The notes under the pieces: model-generated
The model's input: the letters and a program-made list of their open reading frames with translations, nothing else
Databases searched by the model: none
Told to the model about the DNA's origin: nothing
Program-made: the position numbers and the translations under genes
Origin: Thalia democratica
Lineage: Eukaryota
Direction: 5' to 3'
DNA length: 64,000 bases
Assembly: GCA_965202585.1 (NCBI GenBank)
Contig: OZ241826.1
Coordinates: forward strand, 27,962,001 to 28,026,000
Part shown: positions 51,147 through 64,000 of the stretch, one piece after another
Position numbering within the stretch: position 1 is the first letter of the stretch
How the letters are laid out: every line of letters begins with the position of its first letter

Positions 51147-51293
51147 TAGTGATGTACCGGACTCACTATTCGGGTCCGGATCCGGCCGGAAGTTGCCATT
51201 TTTCTCCGATATCCGGATCCGGCCGGATCTTGATATGAAAAAAAATTCCGGATCCGGCCGGGTTCTAATTTGAAAAAATGTCCGGATCCGGGT
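51147..51293 (+). mobile_element. GGATCCGG/TAGTGATG element, right end deleted
   Basis: atacgaac|tagtgatgtaccggactc... The sequence then jumps directly to gtgtgcaaa, the homolog of ~15973, losing the right TIR. Confidence 0.72.
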
Positions 51294-51667
51294 GTGCAAA
51301 AGGGTGTGCAAAATTTCTTTAATGTTTTTAAGTACTTTGAGTAATGGCCTGTACTTTAAAAAAGCAAAATTAGATGTTTTTTTAAGGAACTTTTTGTTTT
51401 AAAATTTTCGATACATTAGTTTCCAAAGGAGATGTATAAAATTGTTCATATTATAACAGATCTGCGAAATTCGAACAGTTTTTATAAAGAGTTGTATGTT
51501 TATAAGCAATTTACCTTATTTTATACCATTAGCCTGTTATTTAGACCTTTTGTAAACTTAAAATACTTTTTTTTAAAGAAATATAAATTTTATAAAACTT
51601 TTTGTAAACAATGATTTAAATAAATTTTTAGTAAATTTTTGTTATAATTTAAAAAAATACTGAAACA

Positions 51668-51894
51668 CATTTTCAGTTTGATTTCTCAGATATTTAACCA
51701 CAAATCCAGAATTGTTCCTTGCAATGTATCCACCTATTAGTTTAAGTTACCTAAAATTATACAAAATTCAGTGAATAATAAGACAATGTGGTTTTACTTT
51801 ATTTTGTATGTTTCAAGGTAACTTAAATTAGTTGTTGTATACATTGCAAGAAACATTTCTGGATTTGTGGTTGTCTGAGCATCAAACTGAAAAT
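51668..51894. repeat. Second copy of the foldback palindrome
   Basis: Homologous to 16177-16404. Confidence 0.7.
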
Positions 51895-54701
51895 AAATTT
51901 TATTTAATTAAAAAAATCTTAAGATTTTTTTTTTCAAATTATTAGAATAGTTATACCTCAAATGTTTGAAAATATTCCATTTTATTTTAAAATATTATTT
52001 TATGCTCAAAAAAGGTCTAAATTAAAGGCCAGTGTTTACTATAGTAACAAAAGTATTACAGTCCCCTTCGAGTATGGCCTCAACTATATTCAAATGATAC
52101 TTATAAGTTTAATAACCAAGAAAAGCAGGATAAAAGAGATTTTTAGTCAATCTTTAAAAGTTTTAAACACCTAAGCAATTAAAAATATCATTTCCATATG
52201 TTTATCTGTAATGAACCTGCTGCGTTTACCTTTTCATATTTTGAAGATTTAATATGCAGTTTTCGTAATTAAAATGTATATACTTGTTTTTGTGTAATCA
52301 AGTACAATAAATCTCTCTAGTTACATTTATTATTTTGATTGTGGTAGATAAGACCTAGCAACTGAGAATTTTACCTATATTATTGACTTAAAACAGCACA
52401 AAAAACTTATGAATGAAGTTTTATTGTTCAAGTAAAAGAAAATTATTAACGAAACATGATTTGAAATCTACGCTAGATACCTTAGATGACGATGAGATAA
52501 AAGTCTTGGAAATTTTTATTAGTAGCTTTTTAAGAAACCTTGATAGAAGAGCCATATATTTTTTTAATTTTTTCAAAGGAGCACTTTTGACGAAATGTTC
52601 GGCAAACCCTGATTTAGATATTTTTTACTGTAAAAATTACATCTTTTAGTGAAGAAGCAATAATTACATTTAACTTCTGCTGTTTTCTAAAGCCTTTAAA
52701 GTTTAAGCATAACCAAAAGTAATAGAGAGTTATGAAGCCAACATGTATCGAAGGTTAATTTGAACAAAGTACCTTAGGGAGAAAAAATGAGTTTAAAAAG
52801 TGTTAACAGAGTTTTAGCCCTAATAAGTAACCTAAAGTTGGTGAAAAGTTTTAAGCTCTTAAAGTCAAAATAAAGCTGATAAATTCTATTCTACAAAACT
52901 AAATTAGAACTGTCATAACTTAAATCAAAAGAGTCAGAATTGAAATGTTAACTTTTAATTTCACTAAGTCTAAATATTACTAACAAAGTTTAAGTCCAAA
53001 GAGCTAAAAAAGAACTGACAAATTTAAAGTCAACAGAAACAAAAAAGAACTTAAACAATTTTAGACCATATGTCACTGTAGAAAATGTAAAAAAATAATA
53101 AAATAGAATAAACAAAATGGTAGTCTAATCAATTAACACAAGTATTGAAAATGTAAAAGTTACAAGTAATCACAAAAAATGGTGACCATTTTTAAGTCAA
53201 AGTTAGTCATATTAAATTTATGCAAGGTACTTAAATCTTAATAGCATAATAAAAACGATAAAAGTTATTAGTTGATAAGACAGCAATAACAAGTAACACC
53301 CTGAGATATTTCGGAATTTCTGTCAAGGAAGTTAGCATGAAATTTAAATGTTATTGTTTTGTGTTTTTTATACTTATCTGTTTCAAATGCTGCAATGTTT
53401 ATAGTAGGTTGTAACACACATTTGATACTATTTTTGAAATTAAAATGAAAAGTTTATGTAAAAAGATAAGTTTTTCTGGTTAAACACAATTAATTTTTTT
53501 TTTATTATCAACAAAAAAAAAAAATTAGAAATAAACTATAGCTAAATTTTTGAATTTTGTATACAATAAAAATTTTTTTGAATAACATTAGTCAATTTGA
53601 TTTAGTCAGATTATAAGCAATCTTAATATTTTAAAATAAACCAGAACTGTGGAAGCAGAAAGAAATTGACTGTAAGCTTTTCTTATTTTTTCAAAAGTGT
53701 CTTTGGTTAATTTGTTCGCATACAAATTTCTTTGTTTGGTTTTGTAACAAAAAATGTTTGTTTTTAGTGTTAATAACTAATTGACATTTTTCATTGACTT
53801 TGTTGATTGGTTATTTACAGAAATCTTATTAATTAAGCAGCTTTCTAAAGTGGTTATTACTACTTTAAAAACTAATGTTTATTTCAAATTTCTGCAGTAA
53901 GTTTCTGAAGAATTGCGGTGAAAATACATTAAAACTTTTGTGGAAAAACATTGACTGTTCTTTATGAAGGTATACAGTATAGTAAACTTATGTTTTTAAT
54001 GTTAAAAAAAAACATTAGTATTAGATTTTACCCCAAGTTATATTTTCATATGTGTTACTTTTTTTCCTTCTTTATAAAGGAAGGGTTGTGTTTATTTTCC
54101 AACAAAAAGGAAGAGAAGAAATAGAGTGATGATTCTCTTCAAAAAAAATGAAGAGGAAGTTGAACTGGAAATAAAATTTCATTTGATAACTGTTTAAATT
54201 TAAAAATAGGTTTTTAAGCTGGAGCTCTTGTTCTTCCAAGCGTTTAAGTGAATGCTTGCAAGATCACGTGTTTTACTGATGCAAGTTTGCATTTGCATAC
54301 AATAGCCATATATTAATATTGTTTTATTGTAGAGAAATCATTCTAGACACCCTAACTGCTGCTAAAACTTTCTTCAGTAAAAGTTTGTGTTTTTTTATTC
54401 AGAGTAATTTTTTTTTTCTAAACAATATTGATTTCTATATACAGTAAACGATTTATAATTTAATTATACATTTTAAAGTATCCTTATAAATTTGATATAA
54501 ATAAAATTTTTATACTCCAGTGAAAATTATTTTCTAAAGTTTTTAATTTCTATAAATTTTTAAGTGTTTGTATCTGTTTTTGTGAAAGATATGTTTATTT
54601 ATGACATGCCAAGTTTTATATATAGTAGCACTAATTAACTTTAGTATAGCTTTAAGTTTCATAAATTTAATATTCTATATATTGTAGTTAATAGCGTGGG
54701 T

Positions 54702-55650
54702 CTGGGTTGCCATTTTGCCTCTAAAACTGGTAAAACCCGGAATTTTACAATTTAGGCAAAAAAAAATCTGGAATTTGAGAAATTTTGAAAAATCCTTGAA
54801 TTTTAACAATGATTACTGAAAAAGCCTTGAATTTTAACAATTTTGATGTTACTAAGTAGTAAATTTCGATTTGTCTCTGAAAATATAACAAATAGATAAA
54901 AAGGTTTTGTCATCCTCAAGATTTTTTAAATATATTAAATGTAGCTTTAAAGTTTATTTTCAATGTATTTTTTTTTATTTAACACAGTTTCTTACCTTAA
55001 ACTTAACTTAAAAAAAAAAAACTTAAAATGTGTACTTTTAGAATCTTCGAAAAGTTTGGAAAACCTGGAAAAATTGCGACAGGGTTGCTACAACGTCAGG
55101 AAATAAAAGAAAGTCAGGGAAAAATAGGGGGTTTTGAAGAAAATTCTGGAAAAGTCCGGAGTATTGAAAAAATTTTTTAAAAGTCTGATTTTGTCAGTTT
55201 AAATTTACAAAATTCCAAATTTTTTAAAGCCTTCAAGTGGTAATAAAATAGTTAAAAATCCTTTAAAGTAAGATTTAAGTTTCAAATTTTTCCTAGAAAT
55301 TGACAAATTTTTTTAGTTCTCATTACACTCATCAGGTATAAATTAATAAAATATCCTTTATCTAATTATCATTATATCATAATTAATATTGTTATTAAAT
55401 ATCCTAAAATTGTTATTTTTACCTGTATTAAAAAAACATTAAAAGCTTCATATTATTTCAAGTGTTAGATTATGTACTTTAGAATAAGTTTGAATTAAGA
55501 GTATCATTTAGAAAAGTCATGAAATGTCAGGAAGAAATGGAGGTTTTGAAAAAAAGTCAAGAAATGTCAAAAAAATTGACAAAAATAAAAGAAAGTCAGA
55601 ATTTATTATTATAAATTTACCAAATTCTTTACTTTACAAATCCTTCAAAT
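54702..55650 (+). mobile_element. Copy of the 19211-20160 element within the segmental duplication
   Basis: Near-identical to 19211-20160. Confidence 0.6.
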
Positions 55651-57167
55651 AGTAATACAACAATAAAAAGTAATAGTGAATTAACTATACAAATAAACTG
55701 TGAGCTGAGATTACTGTTTAAGTAAACTTATAATAAATAATATAGTTTTAAAGTAAACATAAAAGTATGTACTTTTTTTACATAACTTCAAATATTTTCT
55801 GCTTCTTTTAGATAATTTTTTAGGCTTAAATGTAATTTTAAGCTAAGGATTTTTTTACTCGATAAATGCGTAGTGTCTAGTGTTACATTATGTTATTTTT
55901 GTTTTATAACTTACAACAAATAAATTAAGTTTACTGAACAAATAATTTTTTGTGCATCATATCTTTGAACCAAACATTTTGAGCGTTTTTATTTGTATTT
56001 CAAAAAATTTTGTATGATTGTATTAACTTTTTTAAACTTTTTTATGTTATATAATACTATATAAATTTTTTTTATGTTATTTAAAAATATTTAATAGTTA
56101 AATATAAACTTGACTAAGTATTTCAATCAAAATATTATGTGAAAAATAAAAATTAAAAAATTTAACACTATATACTAATATCACTTAAAATCCTTCAGCT
56201 CACAACAATTTTACTTTTAACTCATTAAAAAACATTGTGAGCTGTTTTCCTAATGTTTTCATGTTTGCTACAAATATTGTTTTTCTCGTTTTATGAATTA
56301 AATCTAACTTGCATTTTAAATTGTAATTTTCAAATATTTTCCACTGAATTTTTTTTAAGTTATAGGATTAAACTGTATTTTAATTTTTATGTTGTTAGAA
56401 AAGGTTTTCGGAACATCGTGAATAATATTTTTAAAGTAAACAGAAAACTATGCTAATTTTCTTTTCATTCATTTTATTAGTTGTTTTATTTTTTTGATTT
56501 CAAAGTTCTAGTTTATACAATAATAGGTTTTATTTACTCGTAAGAAATTTTAAAAGCATGTTGTCGGATAACAAAATTTACAAGTTTTTTTAGTTTTATT
56601 ATCACTCTTACTACTAACCCTTACCCTTGATTGGTAACGTTGTTTTTTTTATAAACAAATAATTATTATTTTTTTAATTAGTTTCATTTCTACTTCCGTG
56701 CAAAAATTACTTTTCGTACAGAAGTGTCTTAGTGCAAAATTGTACCATCGTGCATATTTGACCCGTTTCCCCTTAGATCAAACACTTAATGTAATTTTTT
56801 ATCATTTTAAAAACATTATATAAATATAAAAGCAATAAGTAAGTTTAGTATTAAAAGCATTGTCTGTACATTAACTAATTACTTGGTTAGAAAAAATGAA
56901 CTATTTACATGAGTTAGATAGATTTACATTTAAGTGTAAAAAGCAGTCAAAGAATATTTATACACAGTTCTTCTAGAACCCAAACTATTTATAGTGGTTT
57001 TAAAAGTTTAAAATTATTTTATACCTATCTGAGATAAGTATTTATATATATATTTATTTTTGTTATTACTGTGTATTCGTTTATATAACATTACTTACAT
57101 ATAACAAGAAAAAATTAGAAAGTTTTTTAAAATTAGAATTTATTACAGATTATTTAGTAAAAACATC

Positions 57168-58882
57168 ATGTACTCAAACGAAGAATGTTTAGATAAGACA
57201 ATCTCGCAGTTTCCTGGTCCTCAGAACTATTTGCGCCGTCTGTGCGAAAAAGAAAAGCAAATGACAAATTTTAAAATCGAAGAAATGGTTAAATATTTTG
57301 AAACGGAAAAAGAAGAATTGGTGGAAGCAGCTGTCGATTTGTTTGAATGCGGATCTTGGGCTTTAAAAAAAGCTCTTTCAAAGGATTCCAAGCACGAGCT
57401 TCAACTGTTAGAAAGCGACGATCCGGATTACGATCTGTTGAAAGCATCTCTCGGTTTGAGTCAATTGAAAAAGTACTCAAATGAAAACGTCGCTCTTAGG
57501 ATTTACAGGGTCAAATCAAATGTTGAACGTTGCGGATGTCCGAGCTTGCTGCTTCTGCATGGCACCAAAGGGAACAACGTCGAGGGAATCTTGAGAGAAG
57601 GACTGAGGCCTTCGTCGTCCGGCAAACATGGCCCCGGCATTTATTTGACAAACAGCTTTAAAATTGCTCACAATTACGGTCAAAACTACGTGGAAGACGA
57701 TGGGATCGTAAAAGATTTGACGTACTTGTTTGTTAGCAAAGTGAAAGAGACGCTTGAAAGTTCAAGTTGTCTTTGTGGAGAGTGTAAAGAAGATCAGTAT
57801 ATTACTCACAAATCGTTATTCGGTAAGAAGACAACTTCAACTAAGTTTATAAACTCGTCGTTTCTCAATCTTGACTCCAGTTTGAGTTACGAGCCCGTTT
57901 TAAAAGTTTTTGATGGAAATTTGCATTCCAACAAACAAGTTCAATTGGAAGACTTTCAAGCCCGAGAGTTTGACAACGACGGAAGCAGAATTCTTTCGGG
58001 CACTTTTCAAGTAAGTGAAGTCGATAAAAAAATATTTGTGGCTCACCACGATCTAGTAACTCTCGAATACTTTATAGAAATCGAAGTAAAACAAAGTGCA
58101 CGCAAGCTTGCGAAACATATTTTGTACGACGAACTCTGCCAGTTCAAGTTTTCAATAGACCCGCAAATTTCAGATCTGCCAAAAGACACGTTGATCGAAA
58201 ACAGTCATGTCAGTTCCGAAGACTGCTCTATAAACACTTTTGTTGCTGAGCTCGAAAAAGAAATAAGCGCCAATAAGCAGGCAGAAGTTGAATATGCAAA
58301 GCATCAGTTTGAACGCAAAGTGAACTCATTCATGCAGCAACTGTTGTTTGAAACGAGCAGCATACTGGAAACCAATAGTTGCCTTAAGTACAAAGCGGAG
58401 CTGCTGCAAGCTTCAGATCCAGATCACCAGTTTGTGCTCGGGTCGATTACCGGAATGAGCCCGAACGCGGCAATCCAGAAAATTTTCAGGATCAACCCAG
58501 TCGACGAAAGCAAAAAGATGCACGGAGGCTTGCTCTACCTACGGTTTTCAAATCCCACGACGTGCCAAAAGTTCTGGCAAGAGGCTACCAGGCAAGCGAC
58601 GAGGATGTGTTCGAACAATGCGAATGTGGACCCAGCTGCTATTCTAGCTACGCATCCGACGTCTTGAAATGTGAACTTTTACTTGGGTTAAGCCACTGCG
58701 TCACGAACGGACAGGTCGAAAAGCTGTCGTTTGTCTTAGTGGTTAGGGATGGAAAACGCGCAGACAATGTAGCTTTTCTCAACTCTGACACTAGAGGGTG
58801 CTGTTTTAAAACCGGGTTGCAAATAATACATCAGCCGATTGGCCTTATTCCGGCTTATTTAGTTGTTTTTAGCGTTCAATAG
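57168..58882 (+). pseudogene. PARP-like copy 5: near-identical to copy 3, same frameshift
   Basis: 499-aa ORF 57168-58667 plus 58562-58882 frame. Same 1-nt deletion at ~58545. Only a few amino-acid differences from copy 3 (e.g. GSW vs GSS, RRL vs RHL). Confidence 0.85.
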
Positions 58883-61800
58883 ACTTTTCTATAAATTAAG
58901 TTAACACAATTGAAACGACAGCAATTTTCGTTTAAACATTTAAAAGTAACTGTTGTTTTAAGTATTTAGAAAGTTCTATACGTTATTTTTATACAGTTTT
59001 ATTTTTTAATAAACAGTAATTTAAAATAGTAACTAACATGATATTTTCTTAAATTCTCAGGTTTGTTTGAAAAATATGAAAGTACATTTACTTCCTAACT
59101 AAAAAATTTTCGATAGTTTTTACAGGTTTATCATTTAACCAATCAGCTAACTTGATTGATTATAGCTATGGTAGATTTGTAACAAAAAAACTTTACTGTT
59201 GTCTTTCTATTTTAGACACGATTAACTAAAACATTGGCTAAAGTCTTGAGAGCCTAAGCCTGGACTTGTTTATGCCATAAGACAAGCTGAAGTTTTTCAA
59301 TAACGAAATTATAACTGACAAGTTGGCCATGTCTCATAATTTTTATTAAATAACACCCGTGATAAGTTTTAACCTCGCTTTGAGGTTGTATTACTTTCGA
59401 AATAGTAAAACACCTCTTTTAGTTTAACTTTGTTAGTAAATGTTTATACATATTTGCGATGTGTTAAAACTGTTAATTAAATAAAATTTTGTAATATTTT
59501 TTAACAGTTAAAAACAAACAATATCTAGTTCTTCCTTTTTCAACAATATTATTGTTTATTGAACGACAAAAAACGCTTATAAAGTTTGGTCCGATGATCT
59601 GATGCATAAAAATCCTTTCAATTATCGAGTTATACACCAAAATTTCATGTCCAGGACAGACTATTAAACGTTTTCAGGGTCATTTCAAGCAAAATTGCGT
59701 TGCACGTAAGACTAATATTGTCAACATTTAAAAAATACTAAGTCATTTTGCATATTTGACTTCTTACTAAAGACTAAAGCTAATGTATTTTTTATGCTTC
59801 TACATGGTACTTAAACACTGCTAGTTTTTTATTACTTATATTGCTTTTTTTGCATTTATAACTTTGCATTATTGTCAATATATTTCCAAAAAAAAACTAC
59901 AAAGTGTTATTCTTCCACGATCATAATTTTTTCAAACACGGTTAAAATTACTGCAGAAAAAATTAATTATTGTATGTTTTTTCATTAGGACACGGTTAAA
60001 TACAATTACTAAATTATAACGTGAACTAAGTAGCAAAATGTATAACAAAACTGTTATGTCTAATTAAAAAATCAAATAAAAGATATATCAGGCTAGGTTT
60101 TGATTTAAATTGTATAACATTTTTATTAAGAATTAAAAAATGTTTATGATACTTATAAATAGTAAAAAAAATACAAACTTTTTCCCCTTTCAAAAACTAA
60201 TGTTTTTAGGGTCATTTCAAGCGAAATTGCGTAGCACGTAAGACTAGTATTGTCAGCTTTTTAAAAGTACCTATATCATTTAGCATTTATGCCATTTAAT
60301 TAAAGACTAAAGCTAATTTATTTTTTATTTTTGTGCATGGTATCTACACAGTGCTAATCTGTTATTAATTTAAGTGCATGTTTTTTCTGGCAGTAATAGC
60401 TGTTTTGGTATTTGTTTTTATAACACAAATAAATATTTAAAGTTTAATTCGTCCACGGTCATATTTTTTTTTACTTTTGTTAAAATTACTGTAGAAAATG
60501 TTGACTATAATTTGTTTATATTTGGAAAGGTTTAAATAAAATTGATAAATTACAACGCAAATTAAGTAAGAGAATGTTAAAAAACTGTGATATTTAGCGT
60601 AATAATGTATGCATATAATAATTGCAAGTTTAACAAAATAAAAAAATTAACAAATTTAATTTGTCTGAAAACTTCAGGTTTCAAGCTTGAAAATATAAAC
60701 TTTTTTAAATATAAAGTCTCTATATTAAAACAAACGCGTCATTTCATATTATTTTTTAATTAGTTACGTTGTATTTTTTAAACCCATGCGAGTTTTTAAT
60801 TAAGGGTTGAAAAATAGCTGAAACATTATTTAAGTTGTTCTAAGTAATCTCTCAACTACTAAAATTTTTTAGACTAAACATACTAAAGTTAAAAACGTTG
60901 CACAAAAGAGGAAAGTAAACAAAAGTGCTTTAAAGCAATAAAGCAATTTCTGGTTGTATTGTACAATGGTAAACGTTTTTAGGTGGTGTATGGGTTATAA
61001 TGACTTGATTTATGTTGTTGAACGTTGTAAAATAAAAACTCGCTAATCAACACATATGCAAAACAAATCGTTTTTTTTTCTTCATTTTTTTTATAAAATT
61101 GGTTCTGCTTAGTAATACAGTTTTTAACATGGATATAATAATTTTCATAGAAGAGACGTTTTTAGTTACATACAAGTTGGAATTGGTTGGTATTATAACA
61201 ATTAACAAGTTAAGATCGCAAACTGACATTACATCGTTACTTTGGGTTTAAAAATGTTTTATCATTAAATTTTGTCGCTTCAACACTTTCTTAGTTGTTT
61301 TTTATATAAATAGTTATTGAGTAATAAGTTGACCTGAGCTAATTAAAACAAAAGCCTTGTTTCTTTATAATGCCAAGAAATTTATATAATATTCATAAGC
61401 TTTTAAATTTATTTTGAAAGACATTACTTAAATGGTACAATGAAAAGACTCAAACTGTACTTTAGTGATCTATTTAATTTAATTAAGTAAATATTATCAT
61501 TATACTTAAACGACAAATTTTATTTTATCATTATAAATTTCGAAATGATATCTAAACTAAAGTAAATGTGCTAAGTGTTAATTTTAAAGGACAAGTAGAA
61601 AAAACAATTGCAGAAGTTTATAAAAATCAATTATCTAAAGTTGTTTTACTTAATATTTTTATAAAGATTTAAAACAATATACAGATAATATATTGTTTTT
61701 AAACAAATATTTTGACCTTAAGGATTTTAATTTGTAGAAGTAATTTTTTTTTTTTTAACAAATTACTAGTATTAAAAAAAAGATAATTTTGACTTGATTT

Positions 61801-64000
61801 TATTTAATTCCATACTCTAAAGTAGTCACCAAACAATGCCAGCGTAGGCCTCGCTTGCTAGGTAAAGTCCCAAAGATGAATGATGAGCGCATTACTCGCT
61901 CAGTAGTTTTTCTGTACAACGAGGTGGTAGCAAACCAAAACTACGTCACAATGACGTTAACGGGCGTAAACTAGTGCTCGTTTTATTGTATAATGATAAA
62001 GAGTTAAATGCATTGTAAAAGGTGATAATTATTATTGAACAAAAATGACAAAGAATTTTAAACTAAGTTTTTCTTTTATCTATAATGTATTTAATAGTAA
62101 ACTTTACGAGTTTGTTCGAGTTAACAGAAAATAAAACTCGTAATGTATATTTTGCTAAAAAAATATGAAAACACTTAAAATAGCAGTGTTGATCATTAAA
62201 GCTTAACATTAAACTTTGTCTTTAAATCAGCGCAACACTTTAATCAGTTTACCTTAAAACTGTTTTTATAATATTTACGTAATTTGCTTAGCTGTTGCTT
62301 TTAACTCTATTAGATGCAACTGACTTACTAGAAAGCCTTCTGCTACAGAATGTTTTATTCATACGATAATTCTGATTAGAGCTTCTAAATAGTTTCAACT
62401 TGTGAATCATTAAAAACATTAAATAATACCAATAAACTTTATAGTTTTTTTAAATAGTTTCTTACGTTGTCACTCTTTGAAATTAATATTTCAGCCAGAC
62501 ACATTAAACTTATGAAGAAAATGACAAAAATTATAGAAAAATTTTCATCAAGCATTTCAAGTGAAAAATTCTAACAACCAGGGACGACGTGTGGGAGAGA
62601 ACATTGAAGCAGTAATAATGAAAAAATCAGTATTAAGTGTATCAGTTTTATCCTTACCTTTTGGTTCTCCCGCTAAAGTTGTTTCTCTTAAGTATGAATA
62701 TTTAGTGGTCGAAAACCATGGGATACAGAAACTATTCCTTTTTTTTTGAAATAACTTTATACTACCATTAAGCAGATTATCAATTACAAAGATATAAAGA
62801 AATCTAAGGTTCTTTTATACATAAATCTACAATTGATATGAGTTGGTAATAAAAAAAAATTACAAGCAATTTTAATCGTTTCAGATAGTTAAAATAAATT
62901 GGTTAATTTAAAAGTTTTAAAGATTTTTTTCAAAAATTTATAGTACCTCTAAAATTATAAACATGTAGACCAAATTTATATCACAAAATAACCATATACA
63001 ACAAAGCAAACACAGCAAGTTGAACAACAAAAAAAAAAGAAATTTCAAAAACGATAATAACTTTTTAGAAAAATAAATTAAACATCAAAAGGATGATTTG
63101 AAATGGGGGCATAGGGGTGCGAGCTCGTTTCTTAAAATTAACTATTTTTCTTTCGTTATATTTGGTAATTGCTGTTCTCAAAAACTGCAATGACGCCTAT
63201 TTCTGATTTTTTGAGGATCGCATTGTGCATAGTAGTCCGTGAGATATTGCTGCAGTAAAGATTATTTTTCATTATATATGCAAAGTTTTTTGGGTAAATA
63301 AGTTACACTTGAAAAAACGTTTTTACTTGTTTTATATCGTCTTTAGAACCACCTCATTGTGCTTATCAGTTGTGTTTTTATAGAAAATCTTATTGTAGCT
63401 TTAAACATTATTATCATTAAAAGGGCGTTGCGTGTTATTTTTGCTGCTGTAGTTTATCTTGGTTTACTTTACTAGCGACTTCTAACCAATGAATAAACTC
63501 AAATTCACTACACAACCCAGAAACAACATGCGCAGAGACCAAAAAAACTTCCAACCCCTATACTGCAATTCTGTCAAAACCAAAGTCGGTAAAGAATTCT
63601 TCTAGCTTGTTAATAAATATTTATCAAAAGGCTTTAAGCTACATTAGACATTCCGCATAAAAAATATCAAAATAATTATAGAAATATCTCGGAAGGCTCT
63701 TGGCTATAAATGATATTTAATAAAAAAGCTATCAAAGTCTTTTAAAGGTCTTATGCTAATGTAAAAAAAACTATCCGAACGCAAAAATAAAGCTAGGGTA
63801 ACCCTTGTTCAGCTGCTAAACTCTGCAGCTGCAAAGATTTTTGGCTTGAAAGTTAGAAGACAAAGTAAAAAATGTTATTCAATTAATAACTAAGGTGGTG
63901 TTTTCAAAAAACTTTTACCTGGTAGATTTTAACAATCTTTAAAACTCACAAAAAAATTAAAACATTAAACAGAAAAATTTACATAGGTGTTGAACATTTT

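Larger units (their letters stand above)
51147..61670 (+). repeat. Segmental duplication, copy B
   Basis: See copy A. Confidence 0.9.

Noticed and set aside
1667-58882. PARP units as autonomous transposons (Helitron, Maverick or composite hAT cargo)
   Set aside because: No transposase, helicase or polymerase, and no common termini or TSDs around the units. The shared TE insertions are better explained by segmental duplication.
61875-61900. C/D snoRNA (aatgatga)
   Set aside because: No appropriately placed CTGA D box or terminal stem.
62560-63960. Possible TE or gene fragments near the window end, and similarly at 7413-7601
   Set aside because: Slightly GC-richer patches, but no motif, TIR pair or ORF that I can support.

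Overview
Very AT-rich eukaryotic (most likely animal) DNA. No rRNA, tRNA or CRISPR array was seen. The window is a mosaic of about seven related, variably oriented and truncated repeat units. Five units carry a GC-richer PARP-like (H-Y-x ADP-ribosyltransferase) gene: 1667-3400 (+, the only intact full-length copy), 8825-10551 (-), 21678-23392 (+), 35843-37571 (-) and 57168-58882 (+). Each gene encodes an apparently NAD-binding ART domain followed by a degenerate internal duplicate of that domain. Four copies carry frameshifts and/or nonsense codons. A young 5.2 kb LTR element (26105-31317, TG...CA ends, 4-bp TSD AATA, empty site visible in the paralogous block at ~61564) has no recognisable pol. 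It encodes a Gag-like protein fused to a Y-box-type cold-shock domain. A decayed homologous Gag with a Cys/His knuckle-like tail lies next to it (~32660-33800), and a diverged solo LTR of the same family lies at 11938-12550. The rest is hAT-like non-autonomous elements, a foldback element and an unidentified dispersed repeat. Domain calls come from motif recognition by eye and identity estimates are visual; no searches were run.
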